A stretch of 64,000 bases of DNA from Halobacteriovoraceae bacterium (GTDB lineage Bacteria > Bdellovibrionota > Bacteriovoracia > Bacteriovoracales > Bacteriovoracaceae): NCBI GenBank assembly GCA_018646195.1, contig JABGVH010000199.1, positions 8,619 to 72,618 of the forward strand, in the 5' to 3' direction. The notes under the pieces are model-generated. The model was not told where the DNA came from. It was given only the letters and a program-made list of their open reading frames with translations, and searched no databases. This document shows positions 1 through 10,109 of the stretch, in pieces. How positions within the stretch are numbered: the first letter of the stretch is position 1; each line of letters starts with the position of its first letter. The translations under genes were made by a program, and so were the position numbers.

Positions 1-893
1 CCAATGCCTACTTTTATACCATCAACGCCGGCCTCAATTAAGTCCTCGCAGGCTTTCCCTGTCGCGACATTTCCGGCGACAATATCGACTTCTCCAAATT
101 CTTTTTTAAGCGTCTTAACCATTTCCATTACACCCGCGGAATGCCCATGGGCAGTGTCTACAATAATGGCATCTACTCCCGCTTCTGCTACCGCCTTGGC
201 CCTTTCAAGCTCTTTGCCTCCAACACCTATAGCGGCGGCCACACGCAGTCGCCCAAGCTTGTCTTTGTTGGAGTTAGGATAATCAATCGTTTTAAGAATA
301 TCTTTAATCGTAATTAAACCGCGAAGCTCTCCCTTCTTATTAGTAAGCAAAAGTTTTTCGATTCGATTACCGTGGAGTAGTTTTTTGGCATCCTCTAGAC
401 TCGTTCCCTCCGGGGCGGTCACTAATCGCTCTCCAGGAGTCATGACGTCTTTTACTTTGAGGCTATAGTCACTTTCGAATTGCATGTCTCGACTAGTTAG
501 AATTCCAACAAGCTTTTTATCAGCATCAACTACCGGCACACCTGTAATTTTCTTTCGAGAGGTCAGCTCGATAACTTCTTTGAGTAATGTATCAGGCTTC
601 ACGGTCACCGGATCGAGAACGATGCCTGCTTCGAATTTTTTAACTTTTCTGACTTCGTCGGCTTGAATCTCAGGGGGGATATTTTTGTGTATGACCCCAA
701 TTCCGCCCTCTTGGGCCATTACAATCGCCGCAGCACTCTCGGTAACCGTATCCATAGCAGCAGATACAATCGGAATACTAAGCGCGATATTGCGTGAAAA
801 TTGGGAATTAAGCTCGACATCGGCAGGTAATACCGAAGAATAGCCAGGCCTTAACAAGACATCATCGTAAGTCAGGGACGTCGGGAGGGACAT
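1..893 (-). CDS. guaB: IMP dehydrogenase, 5' part (runs off the window start)
   Basis: Not in the ORF track. Manual translation of the minus strand from ATG 893 gives MSLPTSLTYDDVLLRPGYSSVLP...IPIVSAAMDTVTE..AIVMAQEGGIGVIHKN, then CBS domains and RLRVAAAIG...IVDTAHGHS...GNVAT. AAGGAG RBS upstream. Confidence 0.97.
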   Translation of the reverse strand, partial: MSLPTSLTYDDVLLRPGYSSVLPADVELNSQFSRNIALSIPIVSAAMDTVTESAAAIVMAQEGGIGVIHKNIPPEIQADEVRKVKKFEAGIVLDPVTVKPDTLLKEVIELTSRKKITGVPVVDADKKLVGILTSRDMQFESDYSLKVKDVMTPGERLVTAPEGTSLEDAKKLLHGNRIEKLLLTNKKGELRGLITIKDILKTIDYPNSNKDKLGRLRVAAAIGVGGKELERAKAVAEAGVDAIIVDTAHGHSAGVMEMVKTLKKEFGEVDIVAGNVATGKACEDLIEAGVDGIKVGI

Positions 894-977
894 GGAAGAA
901 CTCCTTTTGGCGCAATTATATGAAACGCGCCTATCTTTGGCAATTAGGAGTGTAAAAGGAGCATGCTTTTTTGGGGA

Positions 978-2210
978 TTAGTACTGAGTTTTGTAGTCTT
1001 GATCGTAGTTCTTAAGATCTTTGATAAGCTGATTGACCTCATTACTATGACGCATCTGCTTTTTGTACTGATCTACCAGGGAATTTTCAAAATCATCCTT
1101 GACCGGATGAATAGTGGGGGCCATACCACCAACGCTGGCCGGACCGCGTCCGACCTTCTTACTCTTTATAATCTGCCTAGAGGGCTTTGGAGTAGAAGTA
1201 GGCATCCTCTTGAGTCTATGAGGCGTCGCAGAAGCTTTTTTGCGAGGTGCCTTTTTTTGTACACCAAACACTTTAACTTTAACTTTAGAGCGTGAGCCAT
1301 AGGAGTGCTTCCAAACCTTTTTCACAGGTTTGGTCATTTTCTTCACTTTAGACTGATAGTAATCCAAGAGCTGGCTCTTTTTTTCTTGCCGCTCTTTCTT
1401 GTTCTCGCGGATATAAATAATTTTTCCGCCATCTACTACCTTCGAGGGGGTTTCAACTGATGTAGACCCGGTTGGCAGGGACTTCATAACAACCGCAGCA
1501 GGAACAGTGGTATCAATTCTCATTGAGGCGACACCACGGCTAGCAGCTACCGGCTTTTTGATTTTTACTTTGGGTTTCTCACCCATTGGGTAAACGCCAT
1601 TAAACAGCCCTGTTACTTTCTTAAAGGAGCCAAATCCAATAGGAGTTGGTCTACGGGGTGTACCTCTTTCGTACTCTTTGTGAACAAAGGAGAACTGTCC
1701 CCCGTCTACCGCGATTGGAGGGTGACCTTGAATCAGGTTTCCAAATTCAAATCGACCTTTTATCGCCAGCATCTGAGTTTTCCCACTCCCGCCATCGAAA
1801 GAAATGATGCCTTCACCTTTTTTGTATTTAGATACGGCATTTGCCGTTTGAACCATGTACTTATCGCTCTCGTTAAAAGATTGTAGCCATAGGTAACCAC
1901 GCTTCAATTCTAGAGTTTTATTGAGGAAGGCAATATGCCCTGAACCTGATAGATGAAATTTATGGTCGTAGTAGTCAGAGATAGAAACTTGCCCCCCCAT
2001 CTCGGTAAATACTTCCGCCATATCGTAGATATGGTCTCCCTTATGTAGCTTCTTGGTAGTCTTAGATTGGCTAATAAAAGCGTTTCCAATTACCGAGTTT
2101 ACAACCGCAACAGGAGAACGCCCCCAAAGCTGGGAGCTGAAAAGGAAGACTATTAATGTTACAAAAAATCTACTTTTTGTATTTTTGTACAATCTTTTCA
2201 TAATGGGCAC
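978..2210 (-). CDS. Secreted protein with N-terminal FecR-like beta domain and basic low-complexity C-terminus
   Basis: Signal-like N-terminus; FecR-like pattern (LHKGDHI..VFT...LELKRGYLW...VQTANA); K/P-rich tail. Overlaps the upstream lipoprotein gene. Confidence 0.6.
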   Translation of the reverse strand: MPIMKRLYKNTKSRFFVTLIVFLFSSQLWGRSPVAVVNSVIGNAFISQSKTTKKLHKGDHIYDMAEVFTEMGGQVSISDYYDHKFHLSGSGHIAFLNKTLELKRGYLWLQSFNESDKYMVQTANAVSKYKKGEGIISFDGGSGKTQMLAIKGRFEFGNLIQGHPPIAVDGGQFSFVHKEYERGTPRRPTPIGFGSFKKVTGLFNGVYPMGEKPKVKIKKPVAASRGVASMRIDTTVPAAVVMKSLPTGSTSVETPSKVVDGGKIIYIRENKKERQEKKSQLLDYYQSKVKKMTKPVKKVWKHSYGSRSKVKVKVFGVQKKAPRKKASATPHRLKRMPTSTPKPSRQIIKSKKVGRGPASVGGMAPTIHPVKDDFENSLVDQYKKQMRHSNEVNQLIKDLKNYDQDYKTQY

Positions 2211-2895
2211 TCAAGATTTTCCACTCGTGGGTATTACGATATTTTTTTCTAAATTCTTCTACTGTATTAAAAAACTTATCTTCGTGTCCTAGCTTTAAAT
2301 GAGTTAAAGCATTCCAAAGCTTGGCTCCACGATAAAACTTAGAAGTAGGATATTCTGAAATAAGCTTGTCGAGATGGGCCAAGACCCACTCTGGATGCTC
2401 ACCAGATTCATAAGCTGCTATTCCGGCTTGAAATAGAAATTGGTCATCGATTTTCTTATGGCCCAAAAACTTAGTTGAAAAAGCCTGAAAGAATTGAGCC
2501 GACTTTTCAAAATGCTTTTGATCGAATTCTTTCTCTGCAATGGCAAGAACCTGTGAAGGCGTCCATTTATAGACATCGAATTTTACCAGGTCGTTTTGGG
2601 GTGTGACTGGCGCCACAGAAGCAATCGTCCTTTTAGGCGTGCTCCCCATCATTTTCTGGGTCGATTTAGAAAGCTTGATCTCCAAGTAATTATTCTTCGA
2701 TTTCAAAGCTTCGACGTCGTAGTGAAGACGACTAATCTCGGCCCTAAGCTCGCGATTCTCACTGGAAAGAGTTAAGGCTACATTCTCATACTTATTGATG
2801 ATGGAAGCCCGTTCTTCTACTTTTTCCATCATGTCACATGAGCAAAATGGAGCCAGTAGGCCTGTTAGCAATAGTAATTTCATAAGTTCATTCAT
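2170..2895 (-). CDS. Coiled-coil plus TPR lipoprotein (CpoB/YbgF/BamD-like)
   Basis: Lipobox-like CSC, N-terminal coiled coil, TPR-like helices (LISEYPTS; FRKKY). Confidence 0.65.
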   Translation of the reverse strand: MNELMKLLLLTGLLAPFCSCDMMEKVEERASIINKYENVALTLSSENRELRAEISRLHYDVEALKSKNNYLEIKLSKSTQKMMGSTPKRTIASVAPVTPQNDLVKFDVYKWTPSQVLAIAEKEFDQKHFEKSAQFFQAFSTKFLGHKKIDDQFLFQAGIAAYESGEHPEWVLAHLDKLISEYPTSKFYRGAKLWNALTHLKLGHEDKFFNTVEEFRKKYRNTHEWKILSAHYEKIVQKYKK

Positions 2896-2941
2896 GGATT
2901 TATCCTAGTCCGTGTTCACAAACCCAAATCTTCGTTATATC

Positions 2942-2968
2942 TAATCGGACGTTTCTATAATTTATTTA
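2942..2968 (-). promoter_or_regulatory. sigma28 (FliA)-type promoter
   Basis: Minus strand TAAA-N15-TCCGATTA, about 45 nt upstream of the 2895 start; consensus is TAAA-N15-GCCGATAA. Confidence 0.7.
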
Positions 2969-3109
2969 GAAAAATAATTATATTGGTGGCTTAGCAGTTA
3001 ATGCCCACTTAAGTTACTGATTTTACTTTAATCGTGATGGGACAATTCTTGACTAAAAGGGACTGAAACCCTATCACCTAGTTCGAACTAAATAATTCCC
3101 TATATAAGG

Positions 3110-4054
3110 ATGGCCGGAATGGCGGATCAATATATCTTAGGTTTAGACATTGGCGGCACTAAAATTGAGGCCGCCCTCTTTACAGCGGATGTCACCACTG
3201 GCCCAATTTCCAGCAAAAGGATCGCCACCGAAAGAGAGCGCGGCTACCAGAATGTATTAGAACGGCTTTCCCAATTGATAATCGAACTCTTGGCCGAGAA
3301 TTCGATTGCCTGGCCCTCACTTAAGGCCATAGGCGTTGGGCTGCCCGGTACAGTGGACCCCCAAAAACAGGTAATGCTCAATGGGAACTCCCAAATTTTC
3401 ATAGGAAAGAGTTTTGCCAAAGACCTCAATCAGTATTTTGAGTCCCCTGTCGAAATTCTATGTAATAACGACGCCTCCTGTTTTGCCCTGGCCGAGGCCA
3501 AGCTTGGCGCCGGGCTCAAGTACCGTGAGCAGTTTGGAATTCCTCTCTCGCAGCAAATCTCGATAGGAATTATTTTGGGAACCGGCTGTGGCGGAGGCAT
3601 AATTTCTAACGGCAAAATTCTCAATGGCCAAAATGGCGGCGGCGGGGAAATCGGCCACTCGACGCTGATAAGCAACGGGCATTCGTGTTACTGCGGTAGA
3701 AAAGGCTGTGCTGAGCAGTATCTCTGTGGACCTGCACTAGAGAGAAGTTATGGCGAAAAAATAGCCGCGCGGGAACTCTTTGAAAGGGCCGGGGCCGGTG
3801 AGCAGAAGGCGATCGATTGCCTGCAGAGCTATCAGAAAAATTTAATCGAATTTCTTACTAATCTAACCAGTATTTTTGACCCCCACTTTTTTGTCCTTGG
3901 TGGCGGCCTATCTAAGCAAGCCCTTCTTTACCAATCGCTTGAAAAGGGACTACATGCCCAAACTTTTGTCCCGCAATCTAACCCTGTGGTTTATCAGCAT
4001 AAAGTCTCCGATTCAGCTGGAGTCATTGGCGCCGCCCTTTTAACGCTCCCCTAA
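3110..4054 (+). CDS. ROK family sugar kinase (Mak/NagK-like); start may be ATG 3119
   Basis: GLDIGGTK, NDA, GTGCGGG, GEIGH and CYCGRKGCAE motifs. Confidence 0.92.
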   Translation: MAGMADQYILGLDIGGTKIEAALFTADVTTGPISSKRIATERERGYQNVLERLSQLIIELLAENSIAWPSLKAIGVGLPGTVDPQKQVMLNGNSQIFIGKSFAKDLNQYFESPVEILCNNDASCFALAEAKLGAGLKYREQFGIPLSQQISIGIILGTGCGGGIISNGKILNGQNGGGGEIGHSTLISNGHSCYCGRKGCAEQYLCGPALERSYGEKIAARELFERAGAGEQKAIDCLQSYQKNLIEFLTNLTSIFDPHFFVLGGGLSKQALLYQSLEKGLHAQTFVPQSNPVVYQHKVSDSAGVIGAALLTLP

Positions 4055-4133
4055 TGTCATTTTATCGTCAATTGTGGCCCTAGTCCCTCTTGTACTGCTG
4101 ACTTCCCTCCGACAAGTAGGTACAATGGCAACA

Positions 4134-6401
4134 ATGTTTAATCATTTCTTAGCTCTATTTTTATTATTCGCATTGGCGATAACTCCGGTTTTTTCGGAGG
4201 ATGAGAACGACATTCCTATCCCCGAAGTACCGGTTGAATTTAGTGCCCAGCTTTACCGCTCCCCTTTTGGCAATACCTTCTTGGCCCTTCACTTTAAAAA
4301 TAAACCCCATTGGCATACCTATTGGAAAAACCCTGGCGATGCTGGTCTGCCCATCCAAGTAGATTTAATAAGAAATGGAAAACCATTACTACTTGAGGGA
4401 TTGACCTGGCCTTCGCCATCTCGCTTTATTGAAACAGGAAATATGTGGGCCTACGGATATCAAGGTAACTACAGCATTTTCTATAAAATTTCTAAAAAGG
4501 TTCTAAAGTCATTAGACGGAAGTCGTTTAGAGATAAAGTCAAAATGGCTGGTCTGCCGCCATGTATGTATTCCTGGAAAAGCAGAATTAAAGGGTAGCGT
4601 TTCAGGTGAAACCCTCGCCTTCGATCAAGACGGTCATTTCCAATTAACAGGCAATGAGCTGCAAGCTCGCCTCAAGGCACTGCCTTTTAAGTCTACCTGG
4701 CCGACCAACCTCGACCTTTTAATGGCCAAGGATAAAGAGAGCAATGGGCTTGTTCTCTATTACAATGTTACCGGAAGCTCTCCCAATAAAATGCTTAAGG
4801 GCAGGAATCTACTGACTCCCTTTGCTAAAGACCCTTTCAGTTTTAAACACGAATTTTTATACTCAGATAAGAATGGCAATATTTTTGCTAAGATGCCGAT
4901 GGATTGGGATGGTGAATACGAAGAACCCCCAATAGACCTGCCTAGTGACGGACGCTTTCAAAAACCCTATGTTCTCTCCTTTCTATACGCCAACCCTACC
5001 ACAGGTAAAGTAGAGTTGATTGAGAAGAAAATTGATCGTTTCCAGCTAGCGGCTGCAAAAAGAATGGAAAGCTTTTTCTCATTACTAAAGCCAATCTCTG
5101 ATATTCCCAAAGTAAAAACTGAAGCCAATGGCGAGGATTCGGCAATTATTGAAGAACCCACAGTCGGGACAACTTCTGATACTAAAAGTTTAATCTATTA
5201 TCTCTTCTTCGCTTTCTTAGGCGGACTGATTCTCAATATCATGCCCTGTGTACTGCCAATCATTTCAATTAAATTATTTGGGCTGCTAAAGATGCGCGAG
5301 GAAGATGGGCGATCAATATTAAAACATAACCTCTTCTATACGCTCGGGATCCTAACCACCTTTTTGGCACTAGCTTTTGTCATCTTAGGATTAAAAGCAG
5401 GCGGAGAATTTGTCGGTTGGGGCTTCCAGCTCCAGTCCCCTAAATTTGTCGCAGGCATGATTATTATTCTTTTAGTTTTTGCTCTCAATATGTTTGGGCT
5501 CTTTGAAATTATCACCCCTGGGGGTAGTAAGTTAGGAGGAGTTAAAATTAAAGAAGGTAATTCTGGGGATTTTTTCAACGGGGTCTTAGCGGTAATTCTC
5601 TCTACTCCCTGTAGTGCACCTTTCTTAGGAACTGCCTTAACCTTTGCATTTACCTCTAGTCCTATTTATATTCTTTTAACCTTCACTTTCATTGGGCTCG
5701 GTTTAGCTTTTCCATTTCTGATCACTGGAATTTTCCCCAATAGTATAAACTTCCTTCCTAAACCAGGCATGTGGATGGAAAAGCTGAAGAAATTTTTGGG
5801 ATTAACTTTGCTTTTAACAGTAGTTTGGCTACTGGATGTCTTTTCAGCGCAAGTTGATCAAAGCCTTCCTGTCTTGCAACTGCATACCACCATGTTATTA
5901 ATTTTCTTTATAATATACGGCCGGAAATATATCTCTAAAAAACTATCCTTCCTACTACCCTTTTCCTTAATCTCGTTGGCATTATTTGGACACCTCCTTT
6001 TTTCTCCCCTTAGCAGTACCGTAACTGGCGCTGAAACCCAATTGATAAAAGATAAGCAAAAGTTTGGGCTCAATTGGGAGGCCTGGTCCCCTGAGAAAAT
6101 GCAGGAGTTAAAGCAGACAGGTGAGCTGGTCTTTATCGACTTCACTGCTAAGTGGTGTTTCACTTGTAAAGTTAACGAACGACTAGTACTCGAAACAGAA
6201 GACTTTAAGAAGCTTGTTGAAACCTATGGCGTTCGTTTACTGCTGGCAGATTGGACTAAGCGAGATGCCACAATTGGAAATTATTTAAAATCGCAGGGGC
6301 TAGTAGGAGTTCCCGCCTATTTCATCATCACTAGGAATGGCGAAACTATCTCACTTGGCGAGACTATTTCAATAAAAGAGATTGAAAGTCACCTCCGCTA
6401 G
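4134..6401 (+). CDS. Thiol:disulfide interchange protein, DsbD family
   Basis: WHTYWKNPGDAG and CRHVC N-terminal domain; transmembrane MPCVLP and TPCSAP; thioredoxin WCFTC. Start taken at ATG 4134 (MFNHF), in frame with track ORF 4074. Confidence 0.92.
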   Translation: MFNHFLALFLLFALAITPVFSEDENDIPIPEVPVEFSAQLYRSPFGNTFLALHFKNKPHWHTYWKNPGDAGLPIQVDLIRNGKPLLLEGLTWPSPSRFIETGNMWAYGYQGNYSIFYKISKKVLKSLDGSRLEIKSKWLVCRHVCIPGKAELKGSVSGETLAFDQDGHFQLTGNELQARLKALPFKSTWPTNLDLLMAKDKESNGLVLYYNVTGSSPNKMLKGRNLLTPFAKDPFSFKHEFLYSDKNGNIFAKMPMDWDGEYEEPPIDLPSDGRFQKPYVLSFLYANPTTGKVELIEKKIDRFQLAAAKRMESFFSLLKPISDIPKVKTEANGEDSAIIEEPTVGTTSDTKSLIYYLFFAFLGGLILNIMPCVLPIISIKLFGLLKMREEDGRSILKHNLFYTLGILTTFLALAFVILGLKAGGEFVGWGFQLQSPKFVAGMIIILLVFALNMFGLFEIITPGGSKLGGVKIKEGNSGDFFNGVLAVILSTPCSAPFLGTALTFAFTSSPIYILLTFTFIGLGLAFPFLITGIFPNSINFLPKPGMWMEKLKKFLGLTLLLTVVWLLDVFSAQVDQSLPVLQLHTTMLLIFFIIYGRKYISKKLSFLLPFSLISLALFGHLLFSPLSSTVTGAETQLIKDKQKFGLNWEAWSPEKMQELKQTGELVFIDFTAKWCFTCKVNERLVLETEDFKKLVETYGVRLLLADWTKRDATIGNYLKSQGLVGVPAYFIITRNGETISLGETISIKEIESHLR

Positions 6402-6508
6402 CCACTATTCCAGGCGCCACTAAGATTAAAGTAATTAGAAATCTAACCACATTTTAGAGACTTAGCCTTTTATACTCGAAGAAAATTCAAAATAGCTTAA
6501 AATCTTAC

Positions 6509-6536
6509 TAAATGAATCGGTTACTGCTCCCGATGA
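6509..6536 (+). promoter_or_regulatory. sigma28-like promoter, followed by palindrome GGGGAATTCCCC (6545-6556)
   Basis: TAAA-N16-CCCGATGA upstream of the 1149-aa ORF. Confidence 0.5.
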
Positions 6537-6569
6537 GGTTGATAGGGGAATTCCCCGACTGCTGAGAAA

Positions 6570-9500
6570 GTGAGAGATGTGTTGAAAGTTAGAAAGTTGC
6601 TAATGATTCATATTATGGCCCAATTCCTATTGCTAGGTTCGGCCCACGCCTTTCCCTCCTTCCCTTCCTTTATTACAAAATTTTTCCAGACAGATCTAGA
6701 GGAAGACCAGAAGCCAAAAGCGCTGCAACCCTGTGTCTATCAAAATGCCTCCTGGGTTTATAAGCTGGCCAATTACGCTCAAAAAAGTAGCTGTATGAAC
6801 TTAGAGCCAAAGCCCTACTGCCAATGTGTTGGCGTTCAAAAAGCATTTTACCTGTCAGCGGCTCAAGACAAAAAAATTGACCTCGCCCCCGAGCGGGCCT
6901 TGCAAGAATTGGCCTTTGTCTATAATCAAAAAACTCAAGACCAAGGGCGAAAAATAAAAATCAAAAATAGTCTGGCCTCATTGGTGGAGTTCCAAGCCGC
7001 CAATGGAATTCCAGTCGGCTGCTTAATAAAGGATGATAATCCAGATTTTGATCCTCAAACAAAACTCAATGAGCATGCAAAAGATTTAAATAGAAAGTAC
7101 ATTGAATTTCACAAAAAGCCTCGTAGCCCAGAAGAATATAAAAGTGATGAATATAAAGAGGAATTGAATGAAGTACTTTTCAACGCCGGTCCACTAAGAG
7201 AGTTCTACCAACAGCAAGAAACCTATAAATCAGTTGGGACCGAGAACTACAGTGAGGAACATAAGAATGACGCCCGGATTATTGCCGAACTTGCAAAGAG
7301 GGCCAATGCAGTCACTTTAGAATATAAAGAAGAAATTGCTGAAGGAGAATTCGTTCAGGCTGAGTTAGATAATATGATTGCTGATAAAATTGATAAATTT
7401 TTTACGGAAGATATATTTGATATTAATTCAATTAACCCTAGAAAGTCTTCATTTCTACACCTCCAAAATGTTTCAGGCGCTCAACAGCTTGGGAACTCTG
7501 CTCTCAGAGATCTTCTCAAGCATACTATGAGTAAATTTGGCAGTGACAAAGATTACAATGCTGAGGACTTTGAAAAATACATCCACGCTGAATTAATCAA
7601 ACCAGTTGCAGACAAAGATATAGAAATTAATACCATCCTAGGACAGTTGAATAGCAATATTTGTGACCGCCAAATAGCAGAGATAAAGGAGCTTATGCTT
7701 ATTGAAAGAAGCGATAGTGGCGAACTTTCGCTCCCTGCCTCAAATAATATCGACACCTCTATTGATTATATTAGAAAGCTATATTCCACCATTTCTTCTG
7801 ATGTTGAACCAGAAGTGAAGAAATTGGCCTATGACGAATTAGAGGAACTTAAAACTGTCTATTTTAAATCGTGGGAAGGGCGCTATCAATCTATAAATAA
7901 CGAAGGTGAGTTTTCAGCACTTAAGAAAAATCGTGAATTAGAACTTGGACTGGCCTTTTGTAAAAGTCGCCAAAGCTCGGAAGAATTTCCCGATATGTTT
8001 GAACGACTGGCCAAGAAACCAGCACTCTTTAGAAAATTTATGGAAATTCGATCAACTATCGGAGTCAAGCAAAGCAGAAGCCTCGAACTTACCAAGAAAG
8101 TTGGTGACCTCGAAAGTCTAATCAAAGATCACTCTCAAACCTTTAATCTCCAAATTGCTGGCCAATTAAAAATAGAAAAAGAAAGGACTCCTGGTCTTAC
8201 AGAAACACAGTACATAAAAAGAACACTAGATAAGATGGGCTGGAGACATAAAAGATTTCATGCAGAAATAGAGGGTAAAAAAAGGGCAAAAGATTTACTT
8301 ATAGCTCAAGTTACAAAGCTGAAAGACGAAATCAAATCGAGCGAAGAAAGTATGGTTGAGCTCTTTAAGGGCGTCATGACCGCCGAGGAAAGGGAAAAGA
8401 TTAGGCTCGAAGCCCAGTCCCAAAGTCCTCGCGCCGTCGATAAGACAATCGAAGAGATTGTTGGTGACCGCACCAACGGACTAGTTTATGAACAACGAAA
8501 CCTCACGATTAGTCCTGAAACACCTGCTGCAAAGACTACTAAAAAAACAGGTCCGACCATCTCTACCACCGTCCCCAATTATTCAATCTCAGTCAAATCC
8601 GAAAACGATTATCGCTATATTTCGATAGATCACGAGACAGGAAACGCAAAAGTGACTAGGATTAGTAACATTGAAATCGATACAGTAAAGCAAGAGACCG
8701 AAGTAATTCGAAAGACTGAGGGCTTTATAAAGAGAAATTTAGATTACTACTCACAAAAAGATTTAATAAACTTCAAGAGGTATAAGAAGGGCTATAGGAC
8801 TCGAGTCGATAAATTATTTACGAGAGTCGACAGAAAAACAGGTTTTAAGAAATCGGGAGACTTCACAAAGGCCTTAAGTAAAACAGACTTAAAAAATATT
8901 AGAGAAGTTTCTTCTGACAAAAAAATAAATAAATTGCAAAAAAAGGCTGCTAAGCCAGGAAGTGAAAAGCAAATCAGCAAAGAAGGCCTATTCACTGCAG
9001 AAGACCTTAGAAGTAGCAAAAAGAAGAAGGTAGCTAAACTAGAATCCAAGAAAAAAGATAAAATGCTCCTTCCTCAAGAAAAATTGGCCAAAGAGCAGGG
9101 TCTTATAGAAAAATTTATTCCAAAAGGGAAATTAGTTACTCCCCAGGTCCTTGAACAAAAACCAAATTTTGTACCAGTAGCTCCCCCGATTGTTAATCAG
9201 GACGATTTTGATGCTAAGAAAAAAGCACAAGACCAGAAAAATGCTGAGGCCATCTCGAAGCTTGAAAAAGAATTAGCTGATCGTAAGGCAGAGCTACAGG
9301 AATTAAGAAATGGTAAAACCAACAATTCCCTTGAAGAGAGTTCAACTGCAGAAGGCGAAGATCAGGGGGAAGAACTAATAAGTCAGAAGCAAGGTGAAGT
9401 TGAGCAAGTTGAAACTTTAATCGAAGAAGAGAAAGAGCGCCAGGCCATCACCTCACTTGCTCCCGCAGCAAATGAAAAATCAAAAGTAGGACAGGGTGAG

Positions 9501-10019
9501 GGCCAAAAAATAGGGGAATCAGGTGATCGCAAGCTTATCCCAACGACTGACTCTGGGCAGAGTACACTCAATGGAGCCACTAGAATCAATACCAATGACA
9601 ATTCTGTTTATGTCGATAACTCAACCCCTATTCAAGAAAATGCCTATACTGCTGCAGAGGGGCAGATTACAGACAATTATATAAATTATATAAATTCCCG
9701 GAGCCAGTCTCAGACCGATCTAATTCTAACAAGCACACCTCCAAGAGAAGGTGTTTCCAGGTTTATTCCACCCAGTTCAGTCAACGTTTTCAATAAAACC
9801 AGCCTGGAGTCCTATATTGGGAATTTAAAAGAGGCCAATCCTGGTCAAAGTTTTGCAATTCAGCTTGAGGATGGCCAGTTTCTGGTAGTAGAAGCTGAAT
9901 CAGCTGAAGACCTCGCGGAAAAAGCGAGGTTGTTGAAGCTAGAGCAGCAAAGAATCCAAATAGAACGCGCCAAAGTCAAAAAACTCAATCAGACAGTCCA
10001 AGAAGGGACGAAGCAGTAA
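6570..10019 (+). CDS. Large secreted hypothetical protein (Cys-containing N-terminus, coiled coils, K/E-rich C-terminal half)
   Basis: 1149-aa ORF, signal peptide ending AHA, no recognisable catalytic motif. Confidence 0.75.
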   Translation: MRDVLKVRKLLMIHIMAQFLLLGSAHAFPSFPSFITKFFQTDLEEDQKPKALQPCVYQNASWVYKLANYAQKSSCMNLEPKPYCQCVGVQKAFYLSAAQDKKIDLAPERALQELAFVYNQKTQDQGRKIKIKNSLASLVEFQAANGIPVGCLIKDDNPDFDPQTKLNEHAKDLNRKYIEFHKKPRSPEEYKSDEYKEELNEVLFNAGPLREFYQQQETYKSVGTENYSEEHKNDARIIAELAKRANAVTLEYKEEIAEGEFVQAELDNMIADKIDKFFTEDIFDINSINPRKSSFLHLQNVSGAQQLGNSALRDLLKHTMSKFGSDKDYNAEDFEKYIHAELIKPVADKDIEINTILGQLNSNICDRQIAEIKELMLIERSDSGELSLPASNNIDTSIDYIRKLYSTISSDVEPEVKKLAYDELEELKTVYFKSWEGRYQSINNEGEFSALKKNRELELGLAFCKSRQSSEEFPDMFERLAKKPALFRKFMEIRSTIGVKQSRSLELTKKVGDLESLIKDHSQTFNLQIAGQLKIEKERTPGLTETQYIKRTLDKMGWRHKRFHAEIEGKKRAKDLLIAQVTKLKDEIKSSEESMVELFKGVMTAEEREKIRLEAQSQSPRAVDKTIEEIVGDRTNGLVYEQRNLTISPETPAAKTTKKTGPTISTTVPNYSISVKSENDYRYISIDHETGNAKVTRISNIEIDTVKQETEVIRKTEGFIKRNLDYYSQKDLINFKRYKKGYRTRVDKLFTRVDRKTGFKKSGDFTKALSKTDLKNIREVSSDKKINKLQKKAAKPGSEKQISKEGLFTAEDLRSSKKKKVAKLESKKKDKMLLPQEKLAKEQGLIEKFIPKGKLVTPQVLEQKPNFVPVAPPIVNQDDFDAKKKAQDQKNAEAISKLEKELADRKAELQELRNGKTNNSLEESSTAEGEDQGEELISQKQGEVEQVETLIEEEKERQAITSLAPAANEKSKVGQGEGQKIGESGDRKLIPTTDSGQSTLNGATRINTNDNSVYVDNSTPIQENAYTAAEGQITDNYINYINSRSQSQTDLILTSTPPREGVSRFIPPSSVNVFNKTSLESYIGNLKEANPGQSFAIQLEDGQFLVVEAESAEDLAEKARLLKLEQQRIQIERAKVKKLNQTVQEGTKQ

Positions 10020-10109
10020 TTTCCAGTAAAAAACCCCTATCTTATTGAATTACTACCCCAAATTGGCTATGAAATGACCATCTAAATTATTTTCTGGGAT
10101 GGCATTTAA

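Noticed and set aside
4..666. Plus-strand track ORFs 4..282 and 484..666
   Set aside because: They are antisense shadows of guaB, which the track missed because it runs off the window edge.
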